Below, piece after piece: positions 19,642-28,960 of a DNA stretch of 64,000 bases. Source of the DNA: Bacteroidales bacterium (GTDB lineage Bacteria > Bacteroidota > Bacteroidia > Bacteroidales > UBA1715). Under the pieces are notes generated by a model. The model saw nothing but the letters and a program-made list of their open reading frames with translations. It made no database searches and had not been told where the DNA came from. The position numbers and the translations under genes are program-made. Positions within the stretch are counted from its first letter, which is position 1. Every line of letters begins with the position of its first letter. The stretch is from NCBI GenBank assembly GCA_024409235.1, contig JAKSUA010000003.1, positions 9,309-73,308 of the forward strand, given 5' to 3'.

Positions 19642-20523
19642 TTAGCCTTGTAATGCGTTAGCACCACTTACGATTTCGTTCAATTCATTCGTAATCGCAG
19701 CCTGACGTGCCTTATTGTACTCAATTTTAAGATCTTTCAAAAGCGTACCTGCGTTATCTGTTGCCTTATGCATTGCTGTCATTCGAGCGCCGTGTTCCGA
19801 AGCATACGAATCCAACAAAATGCTGAAAAATTGTGTCTTCAACGACTTTGGAATCAATTCATTTACAATATATTCCTTATTAGGTTCAAATATATAATCG
19901 TAATTAAATGAAGCCGTATTTCCTGATTCTTCTTGAACGATTGGCAAATATTGAGTAGTTGTAATAATCTGCGTTGCCGCATTTTTGAATTTATTATATA
20001 CAACCACAACTTTATCGTATGTGCCCGCAACAAAATCATTCATAATTTCCGTAGAAATTTTTGAAGCTTCTGCGTACGTCAATGTATCGAATATTTCCGA
20101 AAATGATTTCGATGCAACGATACCTTTACTCTTCAAAGAATCGCATACCTTTTTACCAATTGCATACACGGTAACATTACCAGCAGTATTTTGTTTTGCG
20201 TAATCAGTCTTTACCAAAGTAGCAACTGCTTTTCCGATATTTGTGTTAAAACCACCGCACAAACCACTATTTGAAGCGACAGCTACAACCAAAATCTTAT
20301 TTTCCGGACGAGCAACGGCATAAGCATTTCCTTCGCTCGATTCCAATCCGCTACTTACATTACGCAAGATTTCTTGCAATTTTTCAGAATAAGGTCGCAT
20401 TTGCAATACTGCTTGTTGTGCCTTACGCAATTTCGCAGCAGACACCATTTTCATAGCGCTGGTGATTTTTTGCGTACTGCTTACCGAAGCGATTCTATTG
20501 CGTATTTCCTTAATACCTGCCAT
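19642..20523 (-). CDS. atpG: F0F1 ATP synthase subunit gamma
   Basis: MAGIKEIRNRIASVSSTQKITSAMKMVSAAKLRKAQ at the N-terminus and ITNELNEIVSGANAL at the C-terminus. Confidence 0.95.
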   Translation of the reverse strand: MAGIKEIRNRIASVSSTQKITSAMKMVSAAKLRKAQQAVLQMRPYSEKLQEILRNVSSGLESSEGNAYAVARPENKILVVAVASNSGLCGGFNTNIGKAVATLVKTDYAKQNTAGNVTVYAIGKKVCDSLKSKGIVASKSFSEIFDTLTYAEASKISTEIMNDFVAGTYDKVVVVYNKFKNAATQIITTTQYLPIVQEESGNTASFNYDYIFEPNKEYIVNELIPKSLKTQFFSILLDSYASEHGARMTAMHKATDNAGTLLKDLKIEYNKARQAAITNELNEIVSGANALQG

Positions 20524-20533
20524 TTTTTCAGTG

Positions 20534-20587
20534 TTTAGTGATTAGTGATTAGTGATTGAAGCCCAATCACCAATCTATCACTAATCG
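20534..20587 (-). promoter_or_regulatory. Intercistronic stem-loop between atpA and atpG, built from a TAGTGAT heptamer repeat
   Basis: The plus strand reads tttagtgattagtgattagtgattg-aagccc-aatcaccaatctatcactaatcg. The arms pair as roughly 10 bp plus 7 bp with an internal bulge. The structure ends about 10 nt before the atpG ATG. Confidence 0.4.
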
Positions 20588-20594
20588 TTAATTA

Positions 20595-22175
20595 CTAGTT
20601 TTTATATTTTGCTGAAACTTCTTTTGCTGCTGCAGCCAAAATTGCCTTAATGTCATCGTCGATTGCACCACCAGCAATTTTATCTAGCGTATCTTTATGT
20701 TTCAAGTCAAGATATTCCAAATATTCTTTTTCGAAATCAAGAACTTTGTCGATTGGAACATCGCCCAACAAACCTTGTGTACCACAATAAATGATTGCAA
20801 CTTGATGTTGAACCTTCATTGGAGAATATTGTCCTTGTTTCAAAATTTGAACATTTCTACGACCTTTAGCTAACACAGCCATTGTTGCAGCATCCAAATC
20901 AGAACCGAATTTAGAGAATGCTTCCAATTCACGGAATTGAGCTTGATCCACACGCAATGTACCGGCAACTTTCTTCATAGCCTTGATTTGAGCGTTACCA
21001 CCTACACGAGACACCGAAATACCCACATTGATTGCAGGACGGATACCAGCGTGGAACAAACTTGATTCAAGGTAGATCTGACCATCTGTAATAGAGATCA
21101 CATTTGTTGGGATATATGCAGAAACGTCACCTTCTTGAGTTTCAATAATTGGAAGAGCAGTCAAAGAACCGCCACCTTTAATTTTGCCTTTCAACGAAGC
21201 AGGTACGTCGTTCATATTTTGAGCAACTTCATCATTTGCAATAATCTTAGCTGCACGTTCTAGCAAACGAGAGTGCAAATAGAACACATCACCTGGATAA
21301 GCTTCACGTCCTGGTGGACGACGAAGAAGCAAAGACACTTCACGATAAGCTACAGCTTGTTTTGACAAATCATCATAGATAATCAAAGCTGGACGACCAG
21401 TATCACGGAAGTACTCACCGATAGCACAACCTGCGAAAGGAGCGTAATATTGTAATGCTGCTGGATCAGAAGCAGTTGACGACACAATAGTTGTATAAGC
21501 CATTGCTCCGTGAGCTTCCAAAGTTTTAGCGATACTTGCTACAGTAGAACCTTTTTGACCAACTGCTACATAGATACAGTAAACAGGTTCACCTTTTTCA
21601 TAGAATTCTTTTTGGTTGATGATAGTATCGATAGCGATAGCTGTCTTACCAGTTTGACGGTCACCAATAATCAACTCACGTTGACCACGACCAACAGGAA
21701 TCATCGCATCGATAGGTTTAATACCTGTTTGCAATGGTTCTGTTACTGGTTGACGATAAAGGATACCTGGAGCTTTGCGTTCAAGTGGCATTTCAACTAA
21801 TTCGCCTGTAATGTCACCTTTACCATCAATAGCTTCACCCAATGTATTTACAACACGGCCAAGAAGACCTTCGCCCACCATAATAGAAGCGATTTTCTGT
21901 GTTCTTTTTACCGTATCACCTTCACTAATACCATTTGATTCACCAAGAAGAACGGCACCAACATTGTCTTCTTCAAGGTTTAGCACAATACCTTTTGTTC
22001 CATTCGAGAACTCAATCATTTCATTGGCTTGTACATTTGTCAAACCGTGAATACGAGCAATACTATCACCTACAGACAGTACTGTTCCTACTTCTTCTAG
22101 TTCTGTTTCGGTTTTATAGCCTTCAAGCTGTTTTTTTAAGATTTCCGAAACCTCTGCTGGTTTTATATCTGCCAT
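20595..22175 (-). CDS. atpA: F0F1 ATP synthase subunit alpha
   Basis: [15 protein letters not shown] (P-loop); 526 aa and alpha-type throughout. Confidence 0.97.
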   Translation of the reverse strand: MADIKPAEVSEILKKQLEGYKTETELEEVGTVLSVGDSIARIHGLTNVQANEMIEFSNGTKGIVLNLEEDNVGAVLLGESNGISEGDTVKRTQKIASIMVGEGLLGRVVNTLGEAIDGKGDITGELVEMPLERKAPGILYRQPVTEPLQTGIKPIDAMIPVGRGQRELIIGDRQTGKTAIAIDTIINQKEFYEKGEPVYCIYVAVGQKGSTVASIAKTLEAHGAMAYTTIVSSTASDPAALQYYAPFAGCAIGEYFRDTGRPALIIYDDLSKQAVAYREVSLLLRRPPGREAYPGDVFYLHSRLLERAAKIIANDEVAQNMNDVPASLKGKIKGGGSLTALPIIETQEGDVSAYIPTNVISITDGQIYLESSLFHAGIRPAINVGISVSRVGGNAQIKAMKKVAGTLRVDQAQFRELEAFSKFGSDLDAATMAVLAKGRRNVQILKQGQYSPMKVQHQVAIIYCGTQGLLGDVPIDKVLDFEKEYLEYLDLKHKDTLDKIAGGAIDDDIKAILAAAAKEVSAKYKN

Positions 22176-22186
22176 AATAACTTATT

Positions 22187-22729
22187 TTACTTATTTGTCA
22201 TCAATTCATTTTTAACTTGTTTCAATCGTGTCTTGATACTTGCGTCATACTGCATATCCTCGATTCGAAGCACAAAGCCACCCAATAAAGAAGAATCCAC
22301 ATTTGTTTGTAATTCCACTTCGGTGTTTTTGCCTTTTTTCACAAGATCAACAATGGACGATTGTTGTTCTGCCGACAATGGAGCCGCCGACGTGATTGTC
22401 ACTGCTGTAATGCCTGCTTTTTTTCTATAAATATCAAGTACATTTCGTAAAATGTCTTGTATATAGATTTCACGATTGTTTGAAATAACAAGATTGAGAA
22501 AATCTATCATTTCCTTGCTTACTTTTCCAGTCAACAAGGCAGACACGAAAGATTTCTTATTGCTTGGTTTCACAACTGGATTTTGGAAAACCTCTGCAAG
22601 TTCAGCAATCTCGCCCAAACTTTTCGAAAGTAACTTCACATCAGCAATGATAGCATCAAGCACACCTCTTTCCGAAGCGAACTCAAACAATGCTTTTGCG
22701 TAGCGTACCGAGATTTTACTTTGATTCAT
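22187..22729 (-). CDS. atpH: F0F1 ATP synthase subunit delta (OSCP)
   Basis: SVRYAKALFEFA at the N-terminus and GGFVLRIEDMQYDASI at the C-terminus. It sits between atpF and atpA. Confidence 0.9.
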   Translation of the reverse strand: MNQSKISVRYAKALFEFASERGVLDAIIADVKLLSKSLGEIAELAEVFQNPVVKPSNKKSFVSALLTGKVSKEMIDFLNLVISNNREIYIQDILRNVLDIYRKKAGITAVTITSAAPLSAEQQSSIVDLVKKGKNTEVELQTNVDSSLLGGFVLRIEDMQYDASIKTRLKQVKNELMTNK

Positions 22730-22747
22730 ATGTATTGTTTTTGAATC

Positions 22748-23242
22748 CTAATTTAATTTCAAATTATTGATAGATTCAGAAATAATAGTATCTGAAGCTG
22801 CTTTATTTTCCAATTCCTTACCAATAACTTTTTCTGCGATTTCGAAAGAAAGTGCTGCCACTTGAGTTTTCAACTCTTGCATAGCCTGATTCTTTTCGTT
22901 TTCTATTGCTTGTTTTGCCGCAGCCATAATTTTGTTTGCTTCTTCTGAAGCGTCAGCTTTAGCTTGAGCAATCATTTGTTCACGAAGTTCGCGAGCTTCT
23001 TTCAATAAAGTGTCGCGTTCTTTGCGAGCTTCAGCAACGATTTTTTCGTTATCGGCTTGAAGAGCTTTCATTTCTGCTTTTGTTGTTTCAGCAAGTTTCA
23101 AAGCATCTTCAATAGATTTGTTACGCTCGTTTATCATTCCCAACACTGGTTTCCAAGCGAACTTAATCAAAAGGAACACAACAAGTAAGAATGTAATCGT
23201 TGTCCAAAAAACTAAACCTATACCGGGAGTTACTAAATCCAT
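22748..23242 (-). CDS. atpF: F0F1 ATP synthase subunit b
   Basis: One N-terminal TM helix followed by a long charged helix (FAWKPVLGMINERNKSIEDAL...). Confidence 0.9.
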   Translation of the reverse strand: MDLVTPGIGLVFWTTITFLLVVFLLIKFAWKPVLGMINERNKSIEDALKLAETTKAEMKALQADNEKIVAEARKERDTLLKEARELREQMIAQAKADASEEANKIMAAAKQAIENEKNQAMQELKTQVAALSFEIAEKVIGKELENKAASDTIISESINNLKLN

Positions 23243-23269
23243 ATTATATTGTTTGTTAAATTTTCTGTT

Positions 23270-23312
23270 TCAAAAAGGGAACTTTCGGAGCCAACCGCTC
23301 CAAAAGAATCCC
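23270..23312 (-). terminator. Hairpin plus T-tract after atpE (candidate attenuator or mRNA stabiliser inside the operon)
   Basis: On the minus strand, GGGATTCTTTTGGAGC-GGTTG-GCTCCGAAAGTTCCC is followed by TTTTTG, about 14 nt after the atpE stop. Confidence 0.4.
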
Positions 23313-23325
23313 TCGTTTGTTTTTG

Positions 23326-23544
<219 letters not shown>

Positions 23545-23572
23545 TTAAGTTAAACAATAAATAATTTCAATT

Positions 23573-24661
23573 TTAGTGTCCGTGACCTTCTGGCATTGCA
23601 AGTCCAATAAACAAAGCCGACAACATTGTAAATATGTAAGCCTGCAAAGCGGCAACGAACAATTCAAGAACATCCATGAACATCACGAAGAACACAGAAA
23701 CAGGAGCAATCGCCAATGTTCCGAATATGAAAATCAATGATGTAAGACTCAATACAATAATGTGACCCGCAGTAATGTTTGCGAACAAACGGATCATCAA
23801 CGCGAATGGTTTTGTGAAGATACCGATTACTTCCACAACAGCCATAATTGGCAACAATGGCCAAGGCAAACCTGGCATAGCAAAGATATCTTTCCAATAT
23901 TCTTTATTACCACTCACATTTGTAATTATTAATGTAAACACAGCCAACACAAATGTAAAAGCAATATTACCAGAAACGTTCGCACTACCTGGGAAGAATG
24001 GAATCAAACCCATCATATTTGTAATCCAAATAAAGAAGAACACTGTCAATAAATATGGTAAATATTTATCAGTATGTTTTCCCAAGTTTGGTTCAACAAC
24101 ATCTTCTTTAATGAACAAAATCACTGGTTCCAACCAAGCTTGCAATCCCTTTGGTGCTTGTCCAGGACGGCGTTTGTAAGCATTTGCCAAGCTGATAAAC
24201 AACACCAACATAATTATTGAAACCAAGAACAAAGTGAATACATTCTTCGTAATAGAGAAATCAAGTGGTCCATCTTCTGTAACATTACCATTAGCATCCA
24301 CATATAAAATATCTTGACCACCCATATCTTTCGCAACCATCTTATAGGTATGGTCACCTCTTGTCACTGTTTTGTGTCCGTGTTCAAACTCACTTGACAT
24401 AAAACAATCGATAGAAAAAGGATTGGTATTTACCAAAATAACAGGCAATGGAAAGCCTACTGCATGTTCAGTTCCATCTTCCTTAGTAATGTCGAACATG
24501 TGCCAATCGTGATTATCACCAATATGACCAAAAATTGTTGAGTTTATATCAAAGCTTGATTCAGCCTTAGCAGAATCGCTTTCTTGAGCAAACGATATAC
24601 AAGAAAAAAGAAAAGAGAAACAAATTGTTAAAATTTTCCTTTTTGACATTTTTAAAAACAT
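23573..24661 (-). CDS. atpB: F0F1 ATP synthase subunit a, with a long Bacteroidota-type N-terminal extension
   Basis: The C-terminal core has LMIRLFANITAGHI (essential Arg). The start could also be the ATG at 24649 (MSKRK...). Confidence 0.92.
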   Translation of the reverse strand: MFLKMSKRKILTICFSFLFSCISFAQESDSAKAESSFDINSTIFGHIGDNHDWHMFDITKEDGTEHAVGFPLPVILVNTNPFSIDCFMSSEFEHGHKTVTRGDHTYKMVAKDMGGQDILYVDANGNVTEDGPLDFSITKNVFTLFLVSIIMLVLFISLANAYKRRPGQAPKGLQAWLEPVILFIKEDVVEPNLGKHTDKYLPYLLTVFFFIWITNMMGLIPFFPGSANVSGNIAFTFVLAVFTLIITNVSGNKEYWKDIFAMPGLPWPLLPIMAVVEVIGIFTKPFALMIRLFANITAGHIIVLSLTSLIFIFGTLAIAPVSVFFVMFMDVLELFVAALQAYIFTMLSALFIGLAMPEGHGH

Positions 24662-24684
24662 AATTCAAAATTTTATACTACGTA

Positions 24685-24730
24685 CAAATTTACATCTTAC
24701 AAATGTAGAATTTTTTTTGAAACGCGGCAA
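24685..24730 (-). promoter_or_regulatory. Candidate atp operon promoter(s)
   Basis: On the minus strand, TTG (24730-24728), a 20-nt spacer, then TACATTTG (24707-24700). A second perfect box, TAAATTTG, lies at 24692-24685. Confidence 0.45.
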
Positions 24731-24902
24731 TATTTTGATTTTATTTTTTCGAATGTCGTGAAAAGAATTGGTGCAGTGTCTTTTTTGCTTGTAATAATGG
24801 TGTTCATTTTACCTACAAAGAGGCTACATATTAATGTTAAAGTGGGTGGGAGTGTTCTCTGCTTCAGTGTAAGAATTGAAATTTTAACGTTCCAAATAGG
24901 CA

Positions 24903-24939
24903 ATAAAAAAGTTAGGATAACAAGTTATGTTACCCTAAC
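24903..24939 (-). terminator. Rho-independent terminator after rpmF
   Basis: On the minus strand, GTTAGGGTAAC-ATAACTT-GTTATCCTAAC is an 11-bp stem with 1 mismatch, followed by TTTTTTATTG. Confidence 0.6.
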
Positions 24940-24962
24940 AAATTATTTTAATAAGTAGAAAA

Positions 24963-25154
24963 TTAAGCTTCTACAGCTTTTTCTACAAGTAATTTTCCGT
25001 TGTAGTATAAGTTACCTTCTACTTCGTATGCTGTATGTCTGCGGTGAACTGTTCCTGTTGTAGGACATTTGCTCAATGTTGGAGCTACAGCGTTGTCGTG
25101 TGTACGTCTTTTGTCTCTTCTTGTCTTAGAGACTTTTCGTTTAGGATGTGCCAT
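24963..25154 (-). CDS. rpmF: 50S ribosomal protein L32
   Basis: MAHPKRKVSKTRRDKRRTH..., 63 aa. Confidence 0.95.
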   Translation of the reverse strand: MAHPKRKVSKTRRDKRRTHDNAVAPTLSKCPTTGTVHRRHTAYEVEGNLYYNGKLLVEKAVEA

Positions 25155-25166
25155 CTTATTATTATT

Positions 25167-25688
25167 TTATTTTTTAAACATATCTTTTAATGAATCCCAT
25201 CGAGGATCCGTTTTTTCTTCGTTTTTCTTTTTTTTCTGTTTCAAATATGAAACAACGTTTGAATTGCAGTCTTTCTCATTTTTATGAACTTTCTTCAATG
25301 GGATTGAAAGCATAATCATTTCGTAAATGATTGGAGACAGTCCGATTTCAGTTTCGTCTGGTGCAATAACAATAACGTTTTCAGCATCGGCTAATTCGTC
25401 ATCTTTTTCCCCCACTTTTACTACCATGTCTTGGTCCATTTGAATCGGCAGTTGGAAAATGTCTAAACATCTGTCGCATGCAACCGAAATGGTTCCTTTC
25501 ATTTTCAAGGAGAGTGTATGCAAATCCTTTTGTTTAACGAAATGGACATTGACATTTAAGTCAGCGTCATATACTCCATCCATTTGTTGTTTCTCAATGA
25601 ACTCTTTTGTAATTCTCAGTATTTCATCGTATTTCCCCTCTTTCAAGGTTTGTAGTGGAATCGTATATAAATCCTTCAATCGACTCAT
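25167..25688 (-). CDS. YceD/DUF177 family protein
   Basis: It is immediately upstream of rpmF, the conserved pairing, and has CDRCLD plus an acidic C-terminal half. Confidence 0.85.
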   Translation of the reverse strand: MSRLKDLYTIPLQTLKEGKYDEILRITKEFIEKQQMDGVYDADLNVNVHFVKQKDLHTLSLKMKGTISVACDRCLDIFQLPIQMDQDMVVKVGEKDDELADAENVIVIAPDETEIGLSPIIYEMIMLSIPLKKVHKNEKDCNSNVVSYLKQKKKKNEEKTDPRWDSLKDMFKK

Positions 25689-25796
25689 ACAAGAAAATTA
25701 GCACGCAAAAATAGAAAAAACTTTACAAATCACAAACATTTCACAATTTATTAACAATGAATATTTTTTTGTTGGTGATTTCGGGTTATTTAAACA

Positions 25797-26669
25797 CTAT
25801 TTCTTTAGGTTTGTGAATCTCGCGATAACGCCTAGAGGTAGTTTCTTTTTAAAATCATCTTCTAGGTATAATTCTCCAAATTCTTTCTCAGCGGTGTGAT
25901 TTTTAAAGATTTCGTTTACGAGATTTTCAAGAATAAAGGCTGAAAAGCCTAATGAATATGTATTTAGAATAAAGAAGAAACGATTTTTGTCAAGGATTTT
26001 CTCTACATCTTTGAGTAGGGCGTTAAGATCTCGTTCAAGTTTCCAGTCTTCTCCGTTTGTTCCTCGTCCAAAGGCAGGCGGATCCATTATAATACCATTA
26101 TATAGATTACCTCTTTTAATTTCTTTGGCAACGAATTTTCTCGCATCCTCAACAATCCAGCGTATGTTTTCCTGTCCGGAGCTTTCCATGTTCTGTTTAG
26201 TCCAGGAAACAACTTGCTTTACGGAATCAAGGTGTGTAACATCTGCGCCAGCGGAACGGGCTGCAATTGATGCAATTCCTGTATAACCAAATAAGTTCAA
26301 TACTTTTAGCCCTTGATTTGCTTTGCATACAGAGTGTATGTAGTCCCAATTTACTGCTTGTTCTGGAAATATTCCGACGTGTTTGAATGCCGTGAATTTG
26401 AGATTGCAAGTAAGATTCAAATGGTCATATTTTATCTGCCACGAATCAGGTATATTTTTGTGTTTAATCCAGTCTCCGCTGTTGCTGGAACGTGCTACAA
26501 AGTCAATGGTTGAATATTTCTGCCATTCTGCTTCAGAAAGGGATTTGTCCCATACTGCCTGAGGTTCAGGACGACGGGTAATGACAGAACCAAACTTTTC
26601 AAGTTTCTCGAAATTTCCTGAATCTATCAGACGATAGTCATTCCAGTGAGTTGGAGTAAGATAAATCAT
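25797..26669 (-). CDS. Class I SAM-dependent methyltransferase (COG1092, RlmI/RlmK-like)
   Basis: VLNLFGYTGIASIAA (motif I), VTHLDS and IIMDPPAFGRG (motif IV). I place the start at the internal ATG 26669 (MIYLTPTHWNDYRL...). The upstream 153 codons of the track ORF are Rhs-derived. Confidence 0.85.
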   Translation of the reverse strand: MIYLTPTHWNDYRLIDSGNFEKLEKFGSVITRRPEPQAVWDKSLSEAEWQKYSTIDFVARSSNSGDWIKHKNIPDSWQIKYDHLNLTCNLKFTAFKHVGIFPEQAVNWDYIHSVCKANQGLKVLNLFGYTGIASIAARSAGADVTHLDSVKQVVSWTKQNMESSGQENIRWIVEDARKFVAKEIKRGNLYNGIIMDPPAFGRGTNGEDWKLERDLNALLKDVEKILDKNRFFFILNTYSLGFSAFILENLVNEIFKNHTAEKEFGELYLEDDFKKKLPLGVIARFTNLKK

Positions 26670-26719
26670 AGTTTGTAAATTACTTGGCAAAGATAACATA
26701 AATGCACAATAACAATGTT

Positions 26720-27128
26720 TAATTTCTAATTCATAATCACCTTGGATAACAGTATGAACTTTGTTAAAAGGAGTGTAGGTAACATATTGTGAAATTGTGG
26801 AAACAATGCTGTCGGTATTATCAACCATAGTTACCGCATGAGGTCGGCTTGATTCGTAGTAATATGAGCCAACGCCTGTCTTACTTGCAATGTTGCCATT
26901 TGTTGTATATTCGACCAGGCTGGTCTGTCTATTATGCGGGGTGTATGTTCTTACTAATCGTCCTAAAGAATCGTAGCTGAAATTTTCAGTATTTCTGCCT
27001 GTAAGCATACTATTGCGGCTCATCAACAGATTCCTCTGTTTATCAAAATTATAGCTTATGATATTTAACGTATTTGACTTATGACTAAGATTTACATAAT
27101 GCAGATATATAGAATTCGAGAAAATCAT
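26720..27128 (-). pseudogene. Internal Rhs/YD core remnant, truncated at both ends and in frame with the methyltransferase gene
   Basis: YNFDKQRNLL, FSYDSLGRLVRTYTP, and GVGSYYYESSRPHAVTMVDNTDSIVSTISQYVTYTPFNKVHTVIQGDYELEI. The last segment aligns to residues 11-64 of the 32713-31130 fragment (GIGSYSYDSDRPHAVDWVDNTGGLVSEVPQYVTYTPFNKVATVNQGTYNLTI). Homology stops about 50 nt before the methyltransferase ATG. Confidence 0.75.
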
Positions 27129-27203
27129 ACCCTAACAATCTTTATTTGCTGTCTAAATTTACTGGAGTATTATAAAGCACGCACAAATTGAACGATTAGT
27201 TAT

Positions 27204-27716
27204 TCACTTTAATCTCTCCACTACTTTATCTGGTGGTAAAATAAATTTACACCAATACACAATCGCCGCGTCATAACCTCCAGATTCTTTTTTTTGTTTT
27301 TCATTGAAAATATACAATGTTCCCACATCAAAAGGAAAATTTTCATCAGCGAGGCTTTTTTTGTACATATTGAAATATTCAGCTTTTCCCTTTATACCGT
27401 TGTTAAGAAACCCTATTTTTTTATTTGTAAAATCAAATCCACATAACGAGTCTTTGAATACTATATTCAGAAGATCATTCTCGTATTGATTCAGTATCAA
27501 AGAATCATTGGTACCCATAGCATCCAAATGGTTCAATATTTCCCCTGATATTGCATTTATTTTTTTTATATGTGATACAATATAGTAACTACTATCAGGA
27601 CAACTATGGTGCTGAATTTGTTGATTTTTTATCGTATCTTTTGTCATAGCAGATATGTTTTGCTTAAATGTATTGTTTGCACATAGAAACAATATGAGTA
27701 ATATAGAACAGTTCAT
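27204..27716 (-). CDS. Exported 170-aa protein, orphan immunity candidate sharing a C-terminal module with the 331- and 337-aa proteins
   Basis: N-terminal signal-like segment. LNQYENDLLNIVFKDSLCGFDFTNKKIGF...YDAAIVYW matches LNDYEAEYLNHTFKSCRGDFDFKGKRVQF...YDAIIEL (30125-31120) and LNSYEAAYLNLILKDIRGDFDFEGKKIHF...YDAIIDL (35533-36546). Confidence 0.55.
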   Translation of the reverse strand: MNCSILLILFLCANNTFKQNISAMTKDTIKNQQIQHHSCPDSSYYIVSHIKKINAISGEILNHLDAMGTNDSLILNQYENDLLNIVFKDSLCGFDFTNKKIGFLNNGIKGKAEYFNMYKKSLADENFPFDVGTLYIFNEKQKKESGGYDAAIVYWCKFILPPDKVVERLK

Positions 27717-27776
27717 TGCCTTAGTTGTTTAATTGATAGATATAAGGACTTGAATATATGCCAATTTGTCTAATTG

Positions 27777-27836
27777 TAAACTTCCTTTCTCCAAAACTGC
27801 CTAAAGTTAGGCAAATGTAACAAGTTTAGTTTAATT
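27777..27836 (-). repeat. Inter-cassette junction motif, copy A (contains a TAnnTTTG box)
   Basis: taaacttcctttctccaaaactgcctaaagttaggcaaatgtaacaagtttagtttaatt is nearly identical to 34624-34683. On the minus strand it contains TACATTTG. Confidence 0.75.
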
Positions 27837-27867
27837 ACAGAGTTACGATTTTTTGGGGAGTAGTGGG

Positions 27868-28956
27868 TTATTGTTCATCTTGATTGCATTCCACAATTTC
27901 TAACAATCCATATTTAGTTTTGACATTAAACGCTTCTTGTGCTTCCTTGATTGTATATACCTTAAACACACAAATTGAGTCATTGTTGAGAGCAGACAAA
28001 ACTTTATTTCGATGAAATCTTTTAAGATAATTACCATTTATAAGAAAAAGAAGTTTACTTTTTATAAAAAATTTATTTTCATCTTCTCGTTTTATCTTAT
28101 ACGCAGCTATTGGATTTGTTATATTTAATATTTCTGTACATTCCTTTTCTGATAAAACAAATCCATCCAATATCACCACGGTCGAGCTATCCTTTTTATA
28201 TTGATTTAGCATAGCAGATATATCACTTTTGTAATCAGGATTACCAAAAATCACCTCTTCTTTGCCGCAATTTGAATATCCATTTATTAAAAGTTGAAAA
28301 CAATCTTCTCCTTTTTCCAGTAAATATTGTTCAAATTCAGTTTGACCATTTGTATAAATAAATTCTCCATTATTTTCCGTAACATGAATAAGTTCTTTAT
28401 TATCGAAAAACCAAAATCCTTGTATATCGTAAATGAAAAATATTGAGTGTGTTTCCGTTGACTGCAATAATTTTTCATAACTAGATATGCCAAACAAATT
28501 TAATTTTTCGGTCATAAACACATCTTGCTTACACATTTTGCTTGGTAAATCCTGATTAACAAACCAAAGTTCCTTATTGTATCGTTCACGGTACGATTCT
28601 ATTCCTTTAACAAGATAACCACAATATCTATGATTTCCTTTCTTTAGAATAAATGCTTGATTTTCCGGATTTGGAATAAAATCAATGTAATGGAACAGAG
28701 AATCGTTTTTTATATTTTCTTTCAAAGAATATATCGGAATGTTTTTTTCAACATATAACGACTCATAAAATATAAGAGTATCTATTTTTTGTGATTTCTT
28801 TCCACATTTATTACAACCATATTTATAGGTCTTTTCTTGATAATCAACAAAACATTTAATTGCTTGTCTTTCGAACGCAACCGTATCAAATTGCGCAAAT
28901 AGAAATTGACATTGAAATAGAATAATCGTTATGATAATTATTTTCTTCATAAGCAT
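27868..28956 (-). CDS. Exported protein, predicted immunity partner of toxin tip 3
   Basis: It starts 5-11 nt after the tip-3 stop (ATG at 28956 or 28950) and has the signal peptide MKKIIIITIILFQCQFLFAQ. I recognise no domain. Confidence 0.55.
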   Translation of the reverse strand: MLMKKIIIITIILFQCQFLFAQFDTVAFERQAIKCFVDYQEKTYKYGCNKCGKKSQKIDTLIFYESLYVEKNIPIYSLKENIKNDSLFHYIDFIPNPENQAFILKKGNHRYCGYLVKGIESYRERYNKELWFVNQDLPSKMCKQDVFMTEKLNLFGISSYEKLLQSTETHSIFFIYDIQGFWFFDNKELIHVTENNGEFIYTNGQTEFEQYLLEKGEDCFQLLINGYSNCGKEEVIFGNPDYKSDISAMLNQYKKDSSTVVILDGFVLSEKECTEILNITNPIAAYKIKREDENKFFIKSKLLFLINGNYLKRFHRNKVLSALNNDSICVFKVYTIKEAQEAFNVKTKYGLLEIVECNQDEQ

Positions 28957-28960
28957 CTGT

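Noticed and set aside
20534-20558. TAGTGAT x3 tandem repeat as a CRISPR-like or VNTR element
   Set aside because: It has only three 7-bp units, no spacers, and sits inside an operon spacer. It is better explained as one arm of a hairpin.
24697-24958. ORFs of 68 aa (-) and 66 aa (+) in the atpB-rpmF spacer
   Set aside because: They overlap the predicted rpmF terminator and atp promoter elements, one starts at GTG, and neither has a recognisable motif. The remaining roughly 160 bp of the spacer stays unexplained, but I cannot support a gene or RNA there.
25797-27128. Reading the 443-aa ORF as one genuine protein
   Set aside because: The first roughly 136 residues are a truncated Rhs core piece, and the methyltransferase has its own ATG at 26669 at the usual N-terminus of the family. 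I treat it as a remnant plus a gene. The in-frame junction is reported as a finding.
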